Positions 12,433-25,983 of a DNA stretch of 64,000 bases are shown here, one piece after another. This stretch comes from Octopus vulgaris (lineage: Eukaryota). The notes below the pieces were generated by a model. It did no database searches, was not told the DNA's origin, and worked only from the letters and a program-made list of their open reading frames with translations. A program made the translations under genes and the position numbers. The DNA lies in NCBI GenBank assembly GCA_951406725.2, contig OX597817.1, positions 151,776,001 to 151,840,000 of the forward strand. Reading direction: 5' to 3'. How positions within the stretch are numbered: position 1 is the stretch's first letter; each line of letters opens with the position of its first letter.

Positions 12433-12574
12433 ATTAATATTTAACAGAAGTAACAGAATGACTCAAGGTCCAAGAGTTTCATACAATGGTACTTATCAAA
12501 CTGTTCTTTGATTGGTGCTAATGCATGAAACTTTTAGATCTTGAGTCACTCTGTTACTTCTACAAAGTATTAAT
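12433..12574. repeat. Fold-back element with decayed hammerhead (12452-12505, -)
   Basis: Arms agaagtaacagaatgactcaag / cttgagtcactctgttacttct. Minus strand: aacagt TTGATAA gtac catt gtat GAAA ctc..gag TC attctgtt. Confidence 0.7.
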
Positions 12575-12740
12575 ATATATATAATATATAAATTAGAGAA
12601 AAAAACCACTATTATGTAATTCAAACAATGGTAGACATAAACCAAATCATAAATATAATATATTTTTATAAAACATATAACTAGATCACAAAAAGTATAA
12701 AAATGAATAATCAATATATAATAAGTAAAAACACTAAAAA

Positions 12741-12842
12741 AACTATGTATGTTTCATAGCTATAATTAAATTTGAATTACAATTAAATTTAAATTTAATC
12801 GAAAATTAATTCAATTTAAAATTATAGTAACTCTTCAGGTTA
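12741..12842 (-). ncRNA. Hammerhead motif with long AT-rich stem II
   Basis: aac CTGAAGA gttactataatt...aattatagctat GAAA cataca TA gtt. CATACA is plausibly CpG-decayed CGTACG. Confidence 0.6.
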
Positions 12843-12964
12843 ACAATAATAGTTAAATAAATAAGTAAATAGAGTTAAACAATATTTATTAAAAAAATAA
12901 AATAATGATTTTTTCTTATAGAAGAAACTCCATTAACTAAATTTGAAACTTAAAACATATATAT

Positions 12965-13815
12965 CAAATATGGTGTGCAAGAGAGAGGACTGCACTGGTA
13001 TGGTCAGGTGTTTTTTAATGATGAAGACAGCTGTGTGAGGAAGTGCCACACCCTAACTGTGGAAGGAACCTGTGGAAGAGGTAGACCCAAGCAGACATGG
13101 GATGAGGTGGTGAAGCATGACTTTCGAACATTAGGCTTCACAAAGGCAATGACAGGAGACCGAGACCTTTGGACATATGCTGTGAATGAGAAGACCTGGC
13201 AACTAAAGTGAGATCACAGCCATGGCCCATGCCAGTGTTGTATATCCGGCCCTTTTAAAAGTACCCTTGATGCATTGGGCGATATGATATGCTTGAGAAA
13301 AGTTGTTGAGTCAAGTAAAACCAATATTGTAGCTGTGGCCAGTGCCCTCTGACTGGCTCCCATGCCAGTGACACATAAAAAACACCATCTGAACGTGGTC
13401 AACATCAGATCTGTCTGACTTGCTTCCATGCTGGTGGCATGTAAAAAGCACCATCCGAACGTGATTGATGCCAGTGCCCACCCCCAACTGGCTCCCATGT
13501 CAGTGGCACATAAATGGTACCACCCGAACGTGGTCGATGCCAATGCTTCTTGACTGGCTCCCATGCCGGTAGCACATAAGAAGCACTATCTGAACGTGAT
13601 CAATGCCAGGTCTGCCTGGCTGGCTCCTGTGCTGGTGGCACATAAAAAGCACCACTACACTCTTGGAGTGGTTGGTGTTAGGAAGGGCATCCAGCTGTTG
13701 AAACATTGCCAGATCAGATTGGAACTTGGTGCACCCGCTGGTTTTGTAGACCTCCTTCAAACTGTCCAACCCATGCCAGCATGGAAAACTGGCACTAAAC
13801 GATGATGATGATGAT
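12965..13815 (+). mobile_element. 5'-truncated RTE LINE: RT C-terminus, 3' UTR with ~60-bp repeats, (ATG)n tail
   Basis: ORF 12975-13211 LHWYGQV...GRGRPKQTWDEVV...DRDLW. Confidence 0.85.
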
Positions 13816-13822
13816 ATGTATG

Positions 13823-13857
<35 letters not shown>

Positions 13858-13909
13858 ATACATATGCACATACATACACCAATATACGTATTATGTATGT
13901 ATGTATATG

Positions 13910-13960
<51 letters not shown>

Positions 13961-13983
13961 ATGGGTTTGTGTATGTGTATATG

Positions 13984-14019
<36 letters not shown>

Positions 14020-14102
14020 GGTCCCGGGTTGATTCGGGGTTAACCACAGTAAGTAAGGTACTCAATACATAGCAGAGTAAAATTAATTTATTATATAGAA
14101 GG

Positions 14103-14153
14103 AGCTTCTACAGGACTAGTACTGTTTCATTCAAGAGAAATCTTCAGGAAGCT
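14103..14153 (-). ncRNA. Type-I hammerhead (left end of the 5-kb inverted repeat)
   Basis: agcttc CTGAAGA tttc tctt gaat GAAA cag tactagtc ctg TA gaagct: 6-bp stem I, U-U at 10.1/11.1. Confidence 0.75.
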
Positions 14154-14480
14154 ATTTAACAAGAATTGTATTAGCATTTATACATTTAGGCAGGTTTAAA
14201 GGAGTGGTGGTGGGGGACTTTTTGGGGGTAGGCATAGCGCAAAATATCATACTTGGGGGAGTGGTCAAGGAGTCAGTGGTAAGTTAGATGAAAGAATAGA
14301 TAAATAAAAAAATAAAAAAATAAAAAATATATATAAAAAATATATATATATATAAAAATATATATATAAAAAAAGGGGGGATAGAGTTATAGGTAAATAA
14401 GGAGATTCTCACTTATACCTATACACACATGTATACGTATCTACACACACATATATATATACACACATATATATATACAC

Positions 14481-14513
<33 letters not shown>

Positions 14514-15407
14514 CATATACACATATACACACATACATACATATCTACATACACACATATATACACCCGCCCACATATACAAATTTATACACATGCACAT
14601 GCCTATACCTGTCTACACATACACACACGTATATATGCATACACTCACTCCCATGCATGCACGCATACACACATGTATATGTATATATATATACCCACGA
14701 CCACACATACATATATACACATAAAAATATATATTCATATGCACATACACTCATGCACACACAACACACCTAGTTCCCTATATACACATATTTACACCTA
14801 TATATACATACACCCACATACACCCATGTACATATATATATATATATATATAAACATACACACGCATACATATATATACACATGTGTGCACATACATACA
14901 TACACACATATATACATACACATACACATACACATGTGTACCTATACATACCTACACATACACACATACATACATACAAATATACATATACATATATATA
15001 TATACACAATCCAATACAGGCCCATTCCCTAATTTTAATTTTATTATCTTCATTTATTACTTTTGTTATCTTTGATCGCTAGGGCTAAGAATCCTGGCAA
15101 TGGCTGCATGTCCATTTGTCTGTCTACTAGAAGGCAAGTACTCATTCCCGCACGCACACTCATTAGCACGTACATTCACCCATTCGTACACTCATACACA
15201 TACACGTACGCACGCGTTATATTCATACATACAAACATCTACATACGTTCACGTATATACACATACGTACTCGTACCTACAGATTCGTGTCTACACTTTA
15301 GGAGGCTAGTCTATACATATACACCAATAAATATACATATATATATATATACACACATATACATACACACACACACATATATACTCCTACATACAGATAC
15401 ATACCTA

Positions 15408-15457
<50 letters not shown>

Positions 15458-15641
15458 CATACATACACATACACACATACATATACACACACATACATAC
15501 ACATATATATACATACACAAACATATATACACACATATATATATACATACACACATACACACATACATACGTATACATACATACATACATCCATACATCC
15601 ATACTTACATGCATTTATACGCATACACACACCCATCTATA

Positions 15642-15688
<47 letters not shown>

Positions 15689-16072
15689 TCACACATACAT
15701 ATACAAATCTACGCACACACATACATACATACACGTATATACATACACGCACATACACATATACATGCGTACCCATACACGTGCACACACGCACGCGCAT
15801 CCATATATATACACACACACACATATATATACACGTGTGCAAGCATACATACATACTCAAACGCGCACACATACTTACATAGACATATATGCACACACTT
15901 ACACACATATATATACATACACATATACATGCATACATACATATATGCATACATACACACACGCACTCATATATACATATATATATATACACATATATAT
16001 ATATATATATATACATATATATATACATATATACACATACATACACATACACATACATACACACATATACAC

Positions 16073-16105
<33 letters not shown>

Positions 16106-16312
16106 TACATATATACACATATACATACATATACATACACACACACATACATATATACATATACACTGATACACATACCCATACATATATATATATATAT
16201 ACACACACACACATATACACATGCATATACTTATATCACTACATACTCACATATATAAACATATATACATATACACACATACATATATACATGTACATAC
16301 ACATACGTATGC

Positions 16313-16373
<61 letters not shown>

Positions 16374-17066
16374 TACATATATATACATACACACACACAC
16401 ACACATACATATACACATATACATGTATACATACGCAAAAATGATACACATATATACACATACACACACACAGACAGATGCATATACATACATATATATA
16501 TATAAACTACATATCTATATAAATACATACATAATACACATATACACACACATAAATATACATTCATGCATATACATATACAAGTATACATACACATACA
16601 TACACACACACGCGCGCACACATACATATACACACACACATATACAAATACATACATACACACATACACACACACATATATATATATATATATACATACA
16701 TGTACACATATACATATGTATACATATATCAACAAGGGAGGGTAAAGTTAATTAGTTATTAATCAATTTCATCAAGTGTTCAGTATGTAAAGGGACCATT
16801 ATTATTTTGAGTAAACAATGTTAGAGGGAAAAAATTCTCTAAGTAGTGGAAGAGGCTAAAAAACTTTATTGGCTGCTATTTCTAGAAAGTTTAGTATGTG
16901 GCAAAGTAATTTATTTATTTTATTTTCCTAAGCCCTAATTATATAATATTTTATACATACATACGCATACATAAGCACATACATTTACACATACATATGC
17001 ATATACATATATACACATATACATACAAACACATATACACATATACACACACACACACATACAAGC

Positions 17067-17111
<45 letters not shown>

Positions 17112-17683
17112 AATATATATACATATATATTTTTACATGCATACATACACACACACACACATAATACATGCGTATATTCCTACTGTACCCATGCATTTCT
17201 ATACATATATACATACATACGATACACATATACAAGCGTACACATATAATATGTGAAAGGTCTTAGGAGAAAAGGTAATCGGGGGTGCTAGGGGAACAGT
17301 GGGGTTGGGGGGGGGGGTTGTAGGGGGGGGTTTGTCATCAATCAGGTTGCCGGGTAGGTCTATAGTTCTTGTAGTTCGCATACTTCTTATGCATGCAATT
17401 TGGGGAGTGTTCTGAAAATTTGTTAAGGAGAGGGCCTTTGGCGAACATATTAGTGTGAGTGTGTATATATATATATATATATACACATATATATAGATGG
17501 GTGTGTGTATGCGTATAAATGCATGTAAGTATGGATGTATGGATGTATGTATGTATGTATACGTATGTATGTGTGTATGTATATATATATGTGTGTATAT
17601 ATGTTTGTGTATGTATATATATGTGTATGTATGTGTGTGTATATGTATGTGTGTATGTGTATGTATGTATATATATATATATG

Positions 17684-17715
<32 letters not shown>

Positions 17716-18600
17716 TAGGTATGTATCTGTATGTAGGAGTATATATGTGTGTGTGTGTAGGTATATGTGTGTATATATATATATATGTATATTTATTGGT
17801 GTATATGTATAGACTAGCCTCCTAAAGTGTAGACACGAATCTGTAGGTACGAGTACGTATGTGTATATACGTGAACGTATGTAGATGTTTGTATGTATGA
17901 ATATAACGCGTGCGTACGTGTATGTGTATGAGTGTACGAATGGGTGAATGTACGTGCTAATGAGTGTGCGTGCGGGAATGAGTACTTGCCTTCTAGTAGA
18001 CAGACAAATGGACATGCAGCCATTGCCAGGATTCTTAGCCCTAGCGATCAAAGATAACAAAAGTAATAAATGAAGATAATAAAATTAAAATTAGGAATGG
18101 GCCTGTATTGGATTGTGTATATATATATATGTATATGTATATTTGTATGTATGTATGTGTGTATGTGTAGGTATGTATAGGTACACATGTGTATGTGTAT
18201 GTGTATGTATATATGTGTGTATGTATGTATGTGCACACATGTGTATATATATGTATGCGTGTGTATGTTTATATATATATATATATATGTACATGGGTGT
18301 ATGTGGGTGTATGTATATATAGGTGTAAATATGTGTATATAGGGAACTAGGTGTGTTGTGTGTGCATGAGTGTATGTGCGTATGAATATATATTTTTATG
18401 TGTATATATGTATGTGTGGTCGTGGGTATATATATATACATATACATGTGTGTATGCGTGCATGCATGGGAGTGAGTGTATGCATATATACGTGTGTGTA
18501 TGTGTAGACAGGTATAGGCATGTGCATGTGTATAAATTTGTATATGTGGGCGGGTGTATGTATGTGTGTATGTAGATATGTATGTATGTGTGTATATGTG

Positions 18601-18639
<39 letters not shown>

Positions 18640-18974
18640 ATATATATATGTGTGTATATATATATGTGTGTGTAGATACGTATACATGTGTGTATAGGTA
18701 TAAGTGAGAATCTCCTTATTTACCTATAACTCTATCCCCCCTTTTTTTATATATATATTTTTATATATATATATATATTTTTTTTATATATATTTTTTAT
18801 TTTTTTATTTTTTTATTTTTTTATTTATCTATTCTTTCATCTAACTTACCACTGACTCCTTGACCACTCCCCCAAGTATGATATTTTGCGCTATGCCTAC
18901 CCCCAAAAAGTCCCCCACCACCACTCCTTTAAACCTGCCTAAATGTATAAATGCTAATACAATTCTTGTTAAAT

Positions 18975-19025
18975 AGCTTCCTGAAGATTTCTCTTGAATG
19001 AAACAGTACTAGTCCTGTAGAAGCT
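18975..19025 (+). ncRNA. Type-I hammerhead (right end of the 5-kb inverted repeat)
   Basis: Identical mirror of 14103-14153. Confidence 0.75.
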
Positions 19026-19036
19026 CCTTCTATATA

Positions 19037-19078
<42 letters not shown>

Positions 19079-19088
<10 letters not shown>

Positions 19089-19111
19089 ATGGGTTTGTGT
19101 ATGTGTATATG

Positions 19112-19154
<43 letters not shown>

Positions 19155-19177
19155 ATGGGTTTGTGTATGTGTATATG

Positions 19178-19226
<49 letters not shown>

Positions 19227-19251
19227 ATGGGTATGTGTATATGTATGCATG

Positions 19252-19283
<32 letters not shown>

Positions 19284-19399
19284 TATACATGTATGTATGG
19301 GTTTGTGTATGTGTATATGTATGCATGTATATATATATATATATATATACATATATATATACATGTATGTATGGGTTTGTGTATGTGTATATGTATGCA

Positions 19400-19448
<49 letters not shown>

Positions 19449-19503
19449 ATGGGTTTGTGTATATGTATGCATGTATATATGTATATATATATATATATAT
19501 ATA
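19079..19503 (+). repeat. Minisatellite, 6 units of acatgtatgtatgggtttgtgtatgtg...(TA)n; a seventh unit at 13951-14016
   Basis: Units start at about 19079, 19146, 19217, 19287, 19361 and 19439. Confidence 0.85.
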
Positions 19504-19611
19504 TAAATATACGATAAATAAGACCCCAAAGTACTATATGTAGATGCATATAATGCTGTAGGGTTACACCTGATTGATTTAGAAATTCGTTTTCCCAAAT
19601 TATTTATATGT

Positions 19612-19865
19612 ATGTGGCACGTAAAAAACACCATCCGAGCATGGCCGTTCGCCAGCCTCGTCTGGCACCTGTGTCAGTGGCACATAAAATCCCCCACTAC
19701 ACTCTCGGAGTGGTTGGCGTTAGGAAGGGCATCCAGCTGTAGAAACACTGCCAGATCTGACTGGTCTGGTGCAACCTTCGTGCTTCCCAGACCCCAGTTG
19801 AACCGTCCAACCCATGCTAGCATGAAAAGTGGACGTTAAACGATGATGATGATGATGATGATGAT
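19612..19865 (+). mobile_element. Family B repeat (others at 20690-20980, 26715-27092, 38334-38625, 46900-47228, 49600-49965)
   Basis: Shared ttaggaagggcatccagctgt and (GAT)n tail. Confidence 0.8.
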
Positions 19866-21069
19866 GTGTGCATGTATGTATGCAATGCCAGTGTCTATAC
19901 ATGTGAGCATGTGTGTGTATTTGTTTATATGTCACTCATTTCTATTAAAGTTGTGACATTTATGTTGTTGAAAATGCTTTTAATAAATCCTTGAAGTTGC
20001 TTGAAATAAAGCATCCTTTATTTGAAAAACAAGTAAGGGTTAGTGAAAGGAAGAGCATTTTGCTGTAAAATAAATCTGCTATCACACACCTATGTGGTTT
20101 TTCATGATACTTTCAATCAACTTGGACAATGCCTTAACTATACTACTCCTGATTACTAACTGTATATAAACACTTTATCCAAATGTAAATTTTGTTTTAT
20201 TCGATTCTCTATCTGAATAATTTTTAATAGGAAATCCATTATGTATTTGTCCGACATGTAAAACTTTGTAATTCCTATTAGCAAATGGTTGGTGAATAAA
20301 TAACACCAAAATATTTTCCAATTTCCTGTTTGGTTTATATATATGTAATGTATGTTTGTAATGTATGTATGTAATGTATGTATGTTATGTATGTATGTAT
20401 GTCCTTGACTTCAACACATGTGTATATTTTGATAAAGTAATTTGACTTTAACATTCCTTTCTAGTGTGTGGCTTTACTTAGAATAACAGCCCTTAATGTA
20501 ATAATTATATATATATATATATAACACTTGTTTCTGTCTTCATCCCTGATCTTTCTCTCTCCAGTCAGGTAACCTTGTACTTCCTCTTCAGCAAGACACC
20601 TACCTCAGCCTCATTATAACCTTTTCATCATCATCTCCTCTAATGCCTCCTCCCCTCTTAAAAGTTTTCGTCTTGTAAGTACTTAGTGACCCTGTCCATG
20701 CAGATGCCACTTAAAAGCATCCAGTCCAATAGTTGGTGTTAGGAAGGGCATCCAGCTGTAAAAACCTTGCCAAAACTGACCTCGACTGTGCTTGCGCCAC
20801 ATAAAAAAGCACTAAGTCCATCTGCTGAGTGGTTGGTGTTAGGAATGGCATGCAGCTGTAAAAATCCTGCCAAAACAGTCACAGAAGTCCAGTGCAGGCT
20901 TTGGCTTGGCTGGCTCTGGTGGTATCATCCCACCCATGCTAGCATGGAACATGGATGTCAAATGATGATGATAACGATGATATATACCTGGATAAATGCT
21001 TCCAACAAATTCCAGATAAACCTCCTACACATATAGATATGTATATCATCAAAACACCATTCGAGAATT

Positions 21070-21118
21070 CCTTATACCGACATCAGTTTCGGCAATTTCT
21101 GTTGCTTCATCAGTAAGG
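21070..21118 (-). ncRNA. Hammerhead-like motif with weak stem I
   Basis: cctta CTGATGA agcaa cagaaa ttgcc GAAA ctgatg TC ggtataagg. Lies between direct repeats aaaacaccattcgaga (21051, 21400). Confidence 0.5.
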
Positions 21119-21469
21119 ACCGGCTTGACTTCAGCAGATTCTGGACTTAATTCTCTGTCAGTATGTATGTTTCGTTCATAGAAATCTATGGATGATTTAG
21201 TGAATCACTAATGTATATACAGAAAATTAATATAGACAGCCGTGTGCAATGTTTTACCAAAAAAGGAAAACTATATAATTGTCACTACATGTGACTAGAG
21301 TATTAGGAACACCTACATTGCTAGAAATAAAATGCTCTAATATTGTAGTCAAAGCACATAATTGTATGCATGCATACTGACAGGGATTATAATCATCCAA
21401 AAACACCATTCGAGATTTTCTATATTTAGATGCCTTCACCTATTTTAAAGCAAAGTATTATAATAATAA

Positions 21470-21880
21470 TAATAATAATAATAATGAAATTATTGTATAC
21501 AGTGCTCAGGTGCACCACAACTTGTCAAAAGTGCGTATAAAGCATATGCAGTAATGTACAAATGTCTGCAAAGTGAACAGTGTATGAGTCAGATACATGC
21601 TTGCATGCGTATGGAGGGGGGAAAATCAGGTGTAGTGTTGACGAATCTCAGGAAGCATGGAAGTTTTGAAGGATGCAGTGCTCCGACAACTAACAGCTGA
21701 TGCTGGCAGTTTGTTCTATGCTTCAGCAACTCTTAGTGTGAAAAAATGTTTCCAAAAGTCATGGGAGCTGTGCTGTTTTCTGACTTTGTAAACATGTCCA
21801 CAGGTGTTAGACAGGTGGAATTTAAAAAGGTGCTCAGAGTTATTGTTAGTAAGATGGTTAATAATTTTATGGGCGTCACA
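21470..21880 (-). mobile_element. CR1-type LINE 3' fragment with (ATT)n tail
   Basis: Minus translation NTCGHVYKVRKQHSSHDFWKHFFTLRVAEA*NKLP, matching TRGH...FFS.RV..WN.LP. Confidence 0.75.
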
Positions 21881-22019
21881 ATTTGGTTTTATTCCTAACT
21901 CCAGCTGCTATAATTAACTCATCGAGTTTCTTGAGGACACGTATTTCCCCAGTGCCAAACATATCTTCACAAAATACTTGAAATGGATTATATGGCTTGT
22001 ATAACAGTGACACTCATCC

Positions 22020-22987
22020 ATAGAATGTCTGGGCTAAATCTGACAGTTTGTATAAAAGAGGAAAAAAAATATCACAGCCAAAAATAAAAGTATTTTTGAA
22101 AAATTATCAACTAGATTATGGCTGGGTGGTAACAGTTTACTCAAAGAAGCTGTCCTCAGCTTCCACCATGACTTCAAGATGGCTCCTGAACCTGATGCGT
22201 GCATTCTTCACTGTATCCCTGGATTGATCTTCAAACACCTCCTTGATCTTGGTCACCAGCTCAACCTTGGTGTTGCAGGCAGAACAGCTGGTGTCATTCT
22301 CAGCTGCACCCCACAAACAGTAATCTATAGGATTGCAATTGGGGGAATTAGGAGGCCAGAAATTGGGGCTGGTGAAGTCATAGAAATTCTCTGACAACTA
22401 CTTTTAACTCTTTCTGAAGGTATGGCAAAGAGTCAAATTCTGCTGTCAACCATATGGCCTCCCAGCAGTAACCCTCTCCTGCAACTTCATATAGCTGTCT
22501 GAATTGAGCTGCCTAAGGCCCTGTACAAAGATGTGGGATTGAATTTTGGTGTGCAGATGCAGTCAGAATGCCTACTCTGTTCCTTCCTGTTGGTAAAAGC
22601 TTTGTAGTCTCCATTGCAACTGTCCATGTTATGTCTTACAGCCATTACAATGTTCACATAGCATTGAGCAGCAGTCATGATGTTAGCATTTTGATGCCTG
22701 GTGTGAATCATCATGACGCAAGTAACTCTTTTCCAAAACAAGGCGGTATTCGACTGATGCCTGAGGGTCACATCAAGTGGCTTCTAGTGGCAGAAGCCTG
22801 AACTACAATGGGCTTGTCCCACAGAGAACATTTCCAGTTTCTCTTGGGTAGCCCCTCCTATTCAGATGGCTTCCAATTCACTTTCAGCTAACTTTTTCTC
22901 AATTACAACTATAATCTTTATGCTCTCCAATGCCATTCCTGAAAAAAGAAAACAAAAAATTGTTAAATTTACCCCTAACACCCTGTA
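22020..22987 (-). mobile_element. Internally deleted Tc1/mariner transposon
   Basis: WQQ..., FWPPNSPNCNPIDYCLWG; N-terminal remnant 22487-22771; end ...caccctgTA. Confidence 0.85.
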
Positions 22988-23309
22988 CAACATGACATGA
23001 TGTCAAGACAAGGAGACTCTCACCCATGGTGGAAGTTGACTCATGACTGGGTAAGACCACTTCCAAAACCCGTTTCACTCAAAGAAACTTCTCGTGTTTG
23101 GTTCCCACCACCCATCATTGATAATGTTTCCATATGGTTACCAAGGCCTACAAGGCACTTATATCATTTCACGTTAACCACAAGTTAGCCTCCCAGCAAC
23201 AGCCTGACCATCTGGATGTAGGAATCTACAATGCCAAGTGAGTCCACTACTGACCCCATATACTCTGCTACACAAGATGCATGAAAGATCATGTTGGATA
23301 TCACATCTG

Positions 23310-23540
23310 TTTCTTTATTACCCACAGGGGGCTAAACATAGAGGGGACAAACAAGAACAGACAAACGGATTAAGTCGATTACATTGATCCCAGTGTGTAA
23401 CTGGTACTTAATTTATCGACCCCGAAAGGATGAAAGGCAAAGTTGACCTCGGCAGAATTTGAACTCAGAACGTAATTGCAGACGAAATACGGCTACTCAT
23501 TTCGCCCGGCGTGCTAACGTTTCTGCCAGCTCACTGCCTT
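23310..23540 (-). mobile_element. SINE family C, full copy with TSD tatcacatc (others at 32095-32310, 39932-40164, 46015-46217, 47922-48158, 50225-50430, 51535-51720)
   Basis: Pol III-like head (gagctggcagaaacgttagc...gagttcaaattcc). TSDs visible, e.g. acgattatacct at 47913/48163. Confidence 0.85.
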
Positions 23541-23579
23541 ATATCACATCGGTAGACCAGGGCATCCGTATGGCCACAC

Positions 23580-23990
23580 TTGTAGCTGAGTAGACCTGCC
23601 TTTGTGAAGCAGTCATGACCACACTGGTCACATGAAAGAGTCTCTTTTGTGCTCTTCTCAGGAAGAGTGTTCACATCCTTTTTATAGTTGCCAGAATGTT
23701 TTAACTCAGTGTATGCTACCCAATTGTTCTCAAATTCTTTAACAACAGTTGCAATCAGATTCCTTTACAGCTCCCCATCTGATGCCAGATCTTACCAGGG
23801 GTTAGTATCAATATTAGTGTATCTCTAAGATTATCTCTGAAACACTTGGTTCACTTGCTGTGGCAACATTTTTCTTGCTCCACCTCACCAAGCATCACCT
23901 GTTTTGGGATACAGGTGTCCTTTAAATGGAGAAGATGACCAGACCATTTTAGTTGGTGTTTCATTATCATGGACTCAAGAAGTGGTTTAG
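23580..23990 (-). mobile_element. RTE/BovB-like LINE fragment
   Basis: Minus translation [32 protein letters not shown]. Confidence 0.7.
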
Positions 23991-25142
23991 TATGACTGAA
24001 TAAAAATCAATAATATTGAACTGGGTTGTTTGTTGCTTTATGTTATTAAATTATTCTGTTACTGACATACTATTGTTTTATAAGAGAAAGAATATTGCAT
24101 TTATTTCTATTTTAAATGGAATAAAGTCCATGATTAGCATACTAAATATTCATAATTTGTTTTTGTTTTTATTTTTGTTAGGATTTTTGTGGTAGTGGTG
24201 GTGAGGGGTTAATTTAATTGTTTTTAAACTGGTAAACACCATACCCACCCACAAAAAATATTAATAAATTGTTTTCATCACTCCCCCTCATATTAATGAG
24301 AAGTGAAAATGTTTACCTCCATATAATTCTTCATTTTTGCTATGGTGTGTTTGGAAAATTCAGAAAGTTTATAACCATCTTAACTGATTTTAACATGGCA
24401 ATTTGTCTACCCAGCTCTCCTTTTCACTCCTCACACCTTTCCTTGCTGTGAGAAACTTTGGGTTAATTAGTTTCAATTAAGGATTTCTAGAAAAAATATA
24501 CTTATGATCTTTAAGAGTAATATATGGTAAGCATGAGAGGCAAAGGCTAAATAGCCTATTCTGTCAGCAATATTCAAGCTGGTAGTTGTAGCTTTAATAG
24601 GCTAATAGAATTGCATTGTTGCTAGAGATTTTTGCAAATATCGATGAAGCTGTTGATAATAATTTATTGAACCTACTTTTGTCTATAGTGTCAACGCTTT
24701 TGATCTAAACTGACAAAGCATAAATTTCTCTTCGTGTTTTTTGTATTTTTTAATTTCATGAAGCTGTTAAATTCATACTCAAAACAATCACTCCCTGGCT
24801 TACACTAAAATGCAGAAAGCAGATTGTACAGCACATCTGAAACACAAATACTGCCCATCAATATTATATAACTGGCATTACACATACTCTGCACAATAGA
24901 TGAAACACTAAAATAACACCAAGAAACAAAACAAATGCAGTTCTTCATTCTCCAATGCAACAATGTTCCACACGCCTCAAGAACAAAACAGTGCACCTGA
25001 TGATACTGTATAAACTCACATAAAAACTGTTATGAAGCTGATGACCATACCTGCTAACTAAATTAGCATGCTCGTTTATTTAGCAGGTATTTTAACTTAA
25101 CTTGATGCTTGATGACAAGACGCCCTGAATCTTAAAAGTCTT

Positions 25143-25378
25143 CTCTTTTACTCTTTTACTTGTTTCAGTCATTTGACTGTGGCTATGCTGGAGCACCACC
25201 TTTAGTCAAGCACATCGACCCCAGGACTTATTCTTTGTAAGCCTAGTACTTATTCTATTGGTCTCTTTTGCCGAACTTCTAAGTTACGGGAATGTAAACA
25301 CACCAGCATCGGTTGTCAAACGATGCTGGAGGGGACAAACACAGACACACAAACGTATATATATACACACATACATAG

Positions 25379-25431
<53 letters not shown>

Positions 25432-25605
25432 CATATATATATATGACAGGCTTCTTTCAGCTTCCATCTACCAAATCCGCTCACAAGGTTTTGGTCTGTC
25501 TGAGGCTACAGTGGAAGACCATTGCCCAAGGTGCCACACAGTGGGACTGAACCTGGAACCATGTGGTTCATTAGCAAGCTACTTACCACACAGCCACTCC
25601 TACAC
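25143..25605 (-). mobile_element. SINE family A (further copies at 33990-34412, 35016-35448, 35795-36192, 44908-45198, 45475-45876 on -; 54010-54388, 55119-55512, 63276-63713 on +)
   Basis: Direct sequence similarity among copies. Confidence 0.85.
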
Positions 25606-25609
25606 CTTC

Positions 25610-25983
25610 CTTAGGATTCTTGTAGGTCAACAATGTGAATTCCAATTCTAATCTCTTTCAGTCTCTTAGGTAGCATTTTAGGTGTTGTGCCAAGTGAACC
25701 AAACTACTACAGGAATAATTGTTGTCTTGGTCTTCCACAGTCTCCTCAACTCTATGGCTAAATCCTGATATTTCTCAATTCATTCAATTTATTTAGTATT
25801 GATTCTACTATCATAGGAAATTGTAAAATCTGTGATCTTACACTGTTTGTTTATTTCGTCCTCTATGATCATATCCCATCTATTTGCTTCAATAGTATGG
25901 TCAGTCTTTATGGGGAAATCCCACAAGATCTTGTAATTCTCACTTTCTGTCGCAGCCTCTGGTTTGTGCTCATACCACTTTTC
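25610..25983 (-). mobile_element. R4/Dong-type non-LTR retrotransposon fragment (restriction-like endonuclease); related fragment 31640-31850(+)
   Basis: WYEHKPEAATESENYKILWDFPIKTDHTIEANR...EKYQDLAIELRRLW...IIPVVVGSLG. Confidence 0.8.

Larger units (their letters stand above)
14019..19040. mobile_element. ~5-kb PLE-derived composite with ~1.6-kb near-identical inverted arms (~14090-15690 / 17452-19038)
   Basis: Unique islands and microsatellite pattern are mirrored; the ORF track gives identical peptides on opposite strands (15063+/18060-, 15100+/18023-). Confidence 0.85.

Noticed and set aside
13320-13660. Regularly spaced ~60-bp repeats, superficially CRISPR-like (also 19079-19503, 50795-50950)
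   Set aside because: Eukaryotic LINE UTR repeats or minisatellites; spacers are not unique and there are no cas genes.
13757-19634. Many long ORFs rich in Y/I/H/T/C/V/M (up to 368 aa)
   Set aside because: Stop-poor translations of (TA)n/(CA)n/(TG)n microsatellite; not genes.
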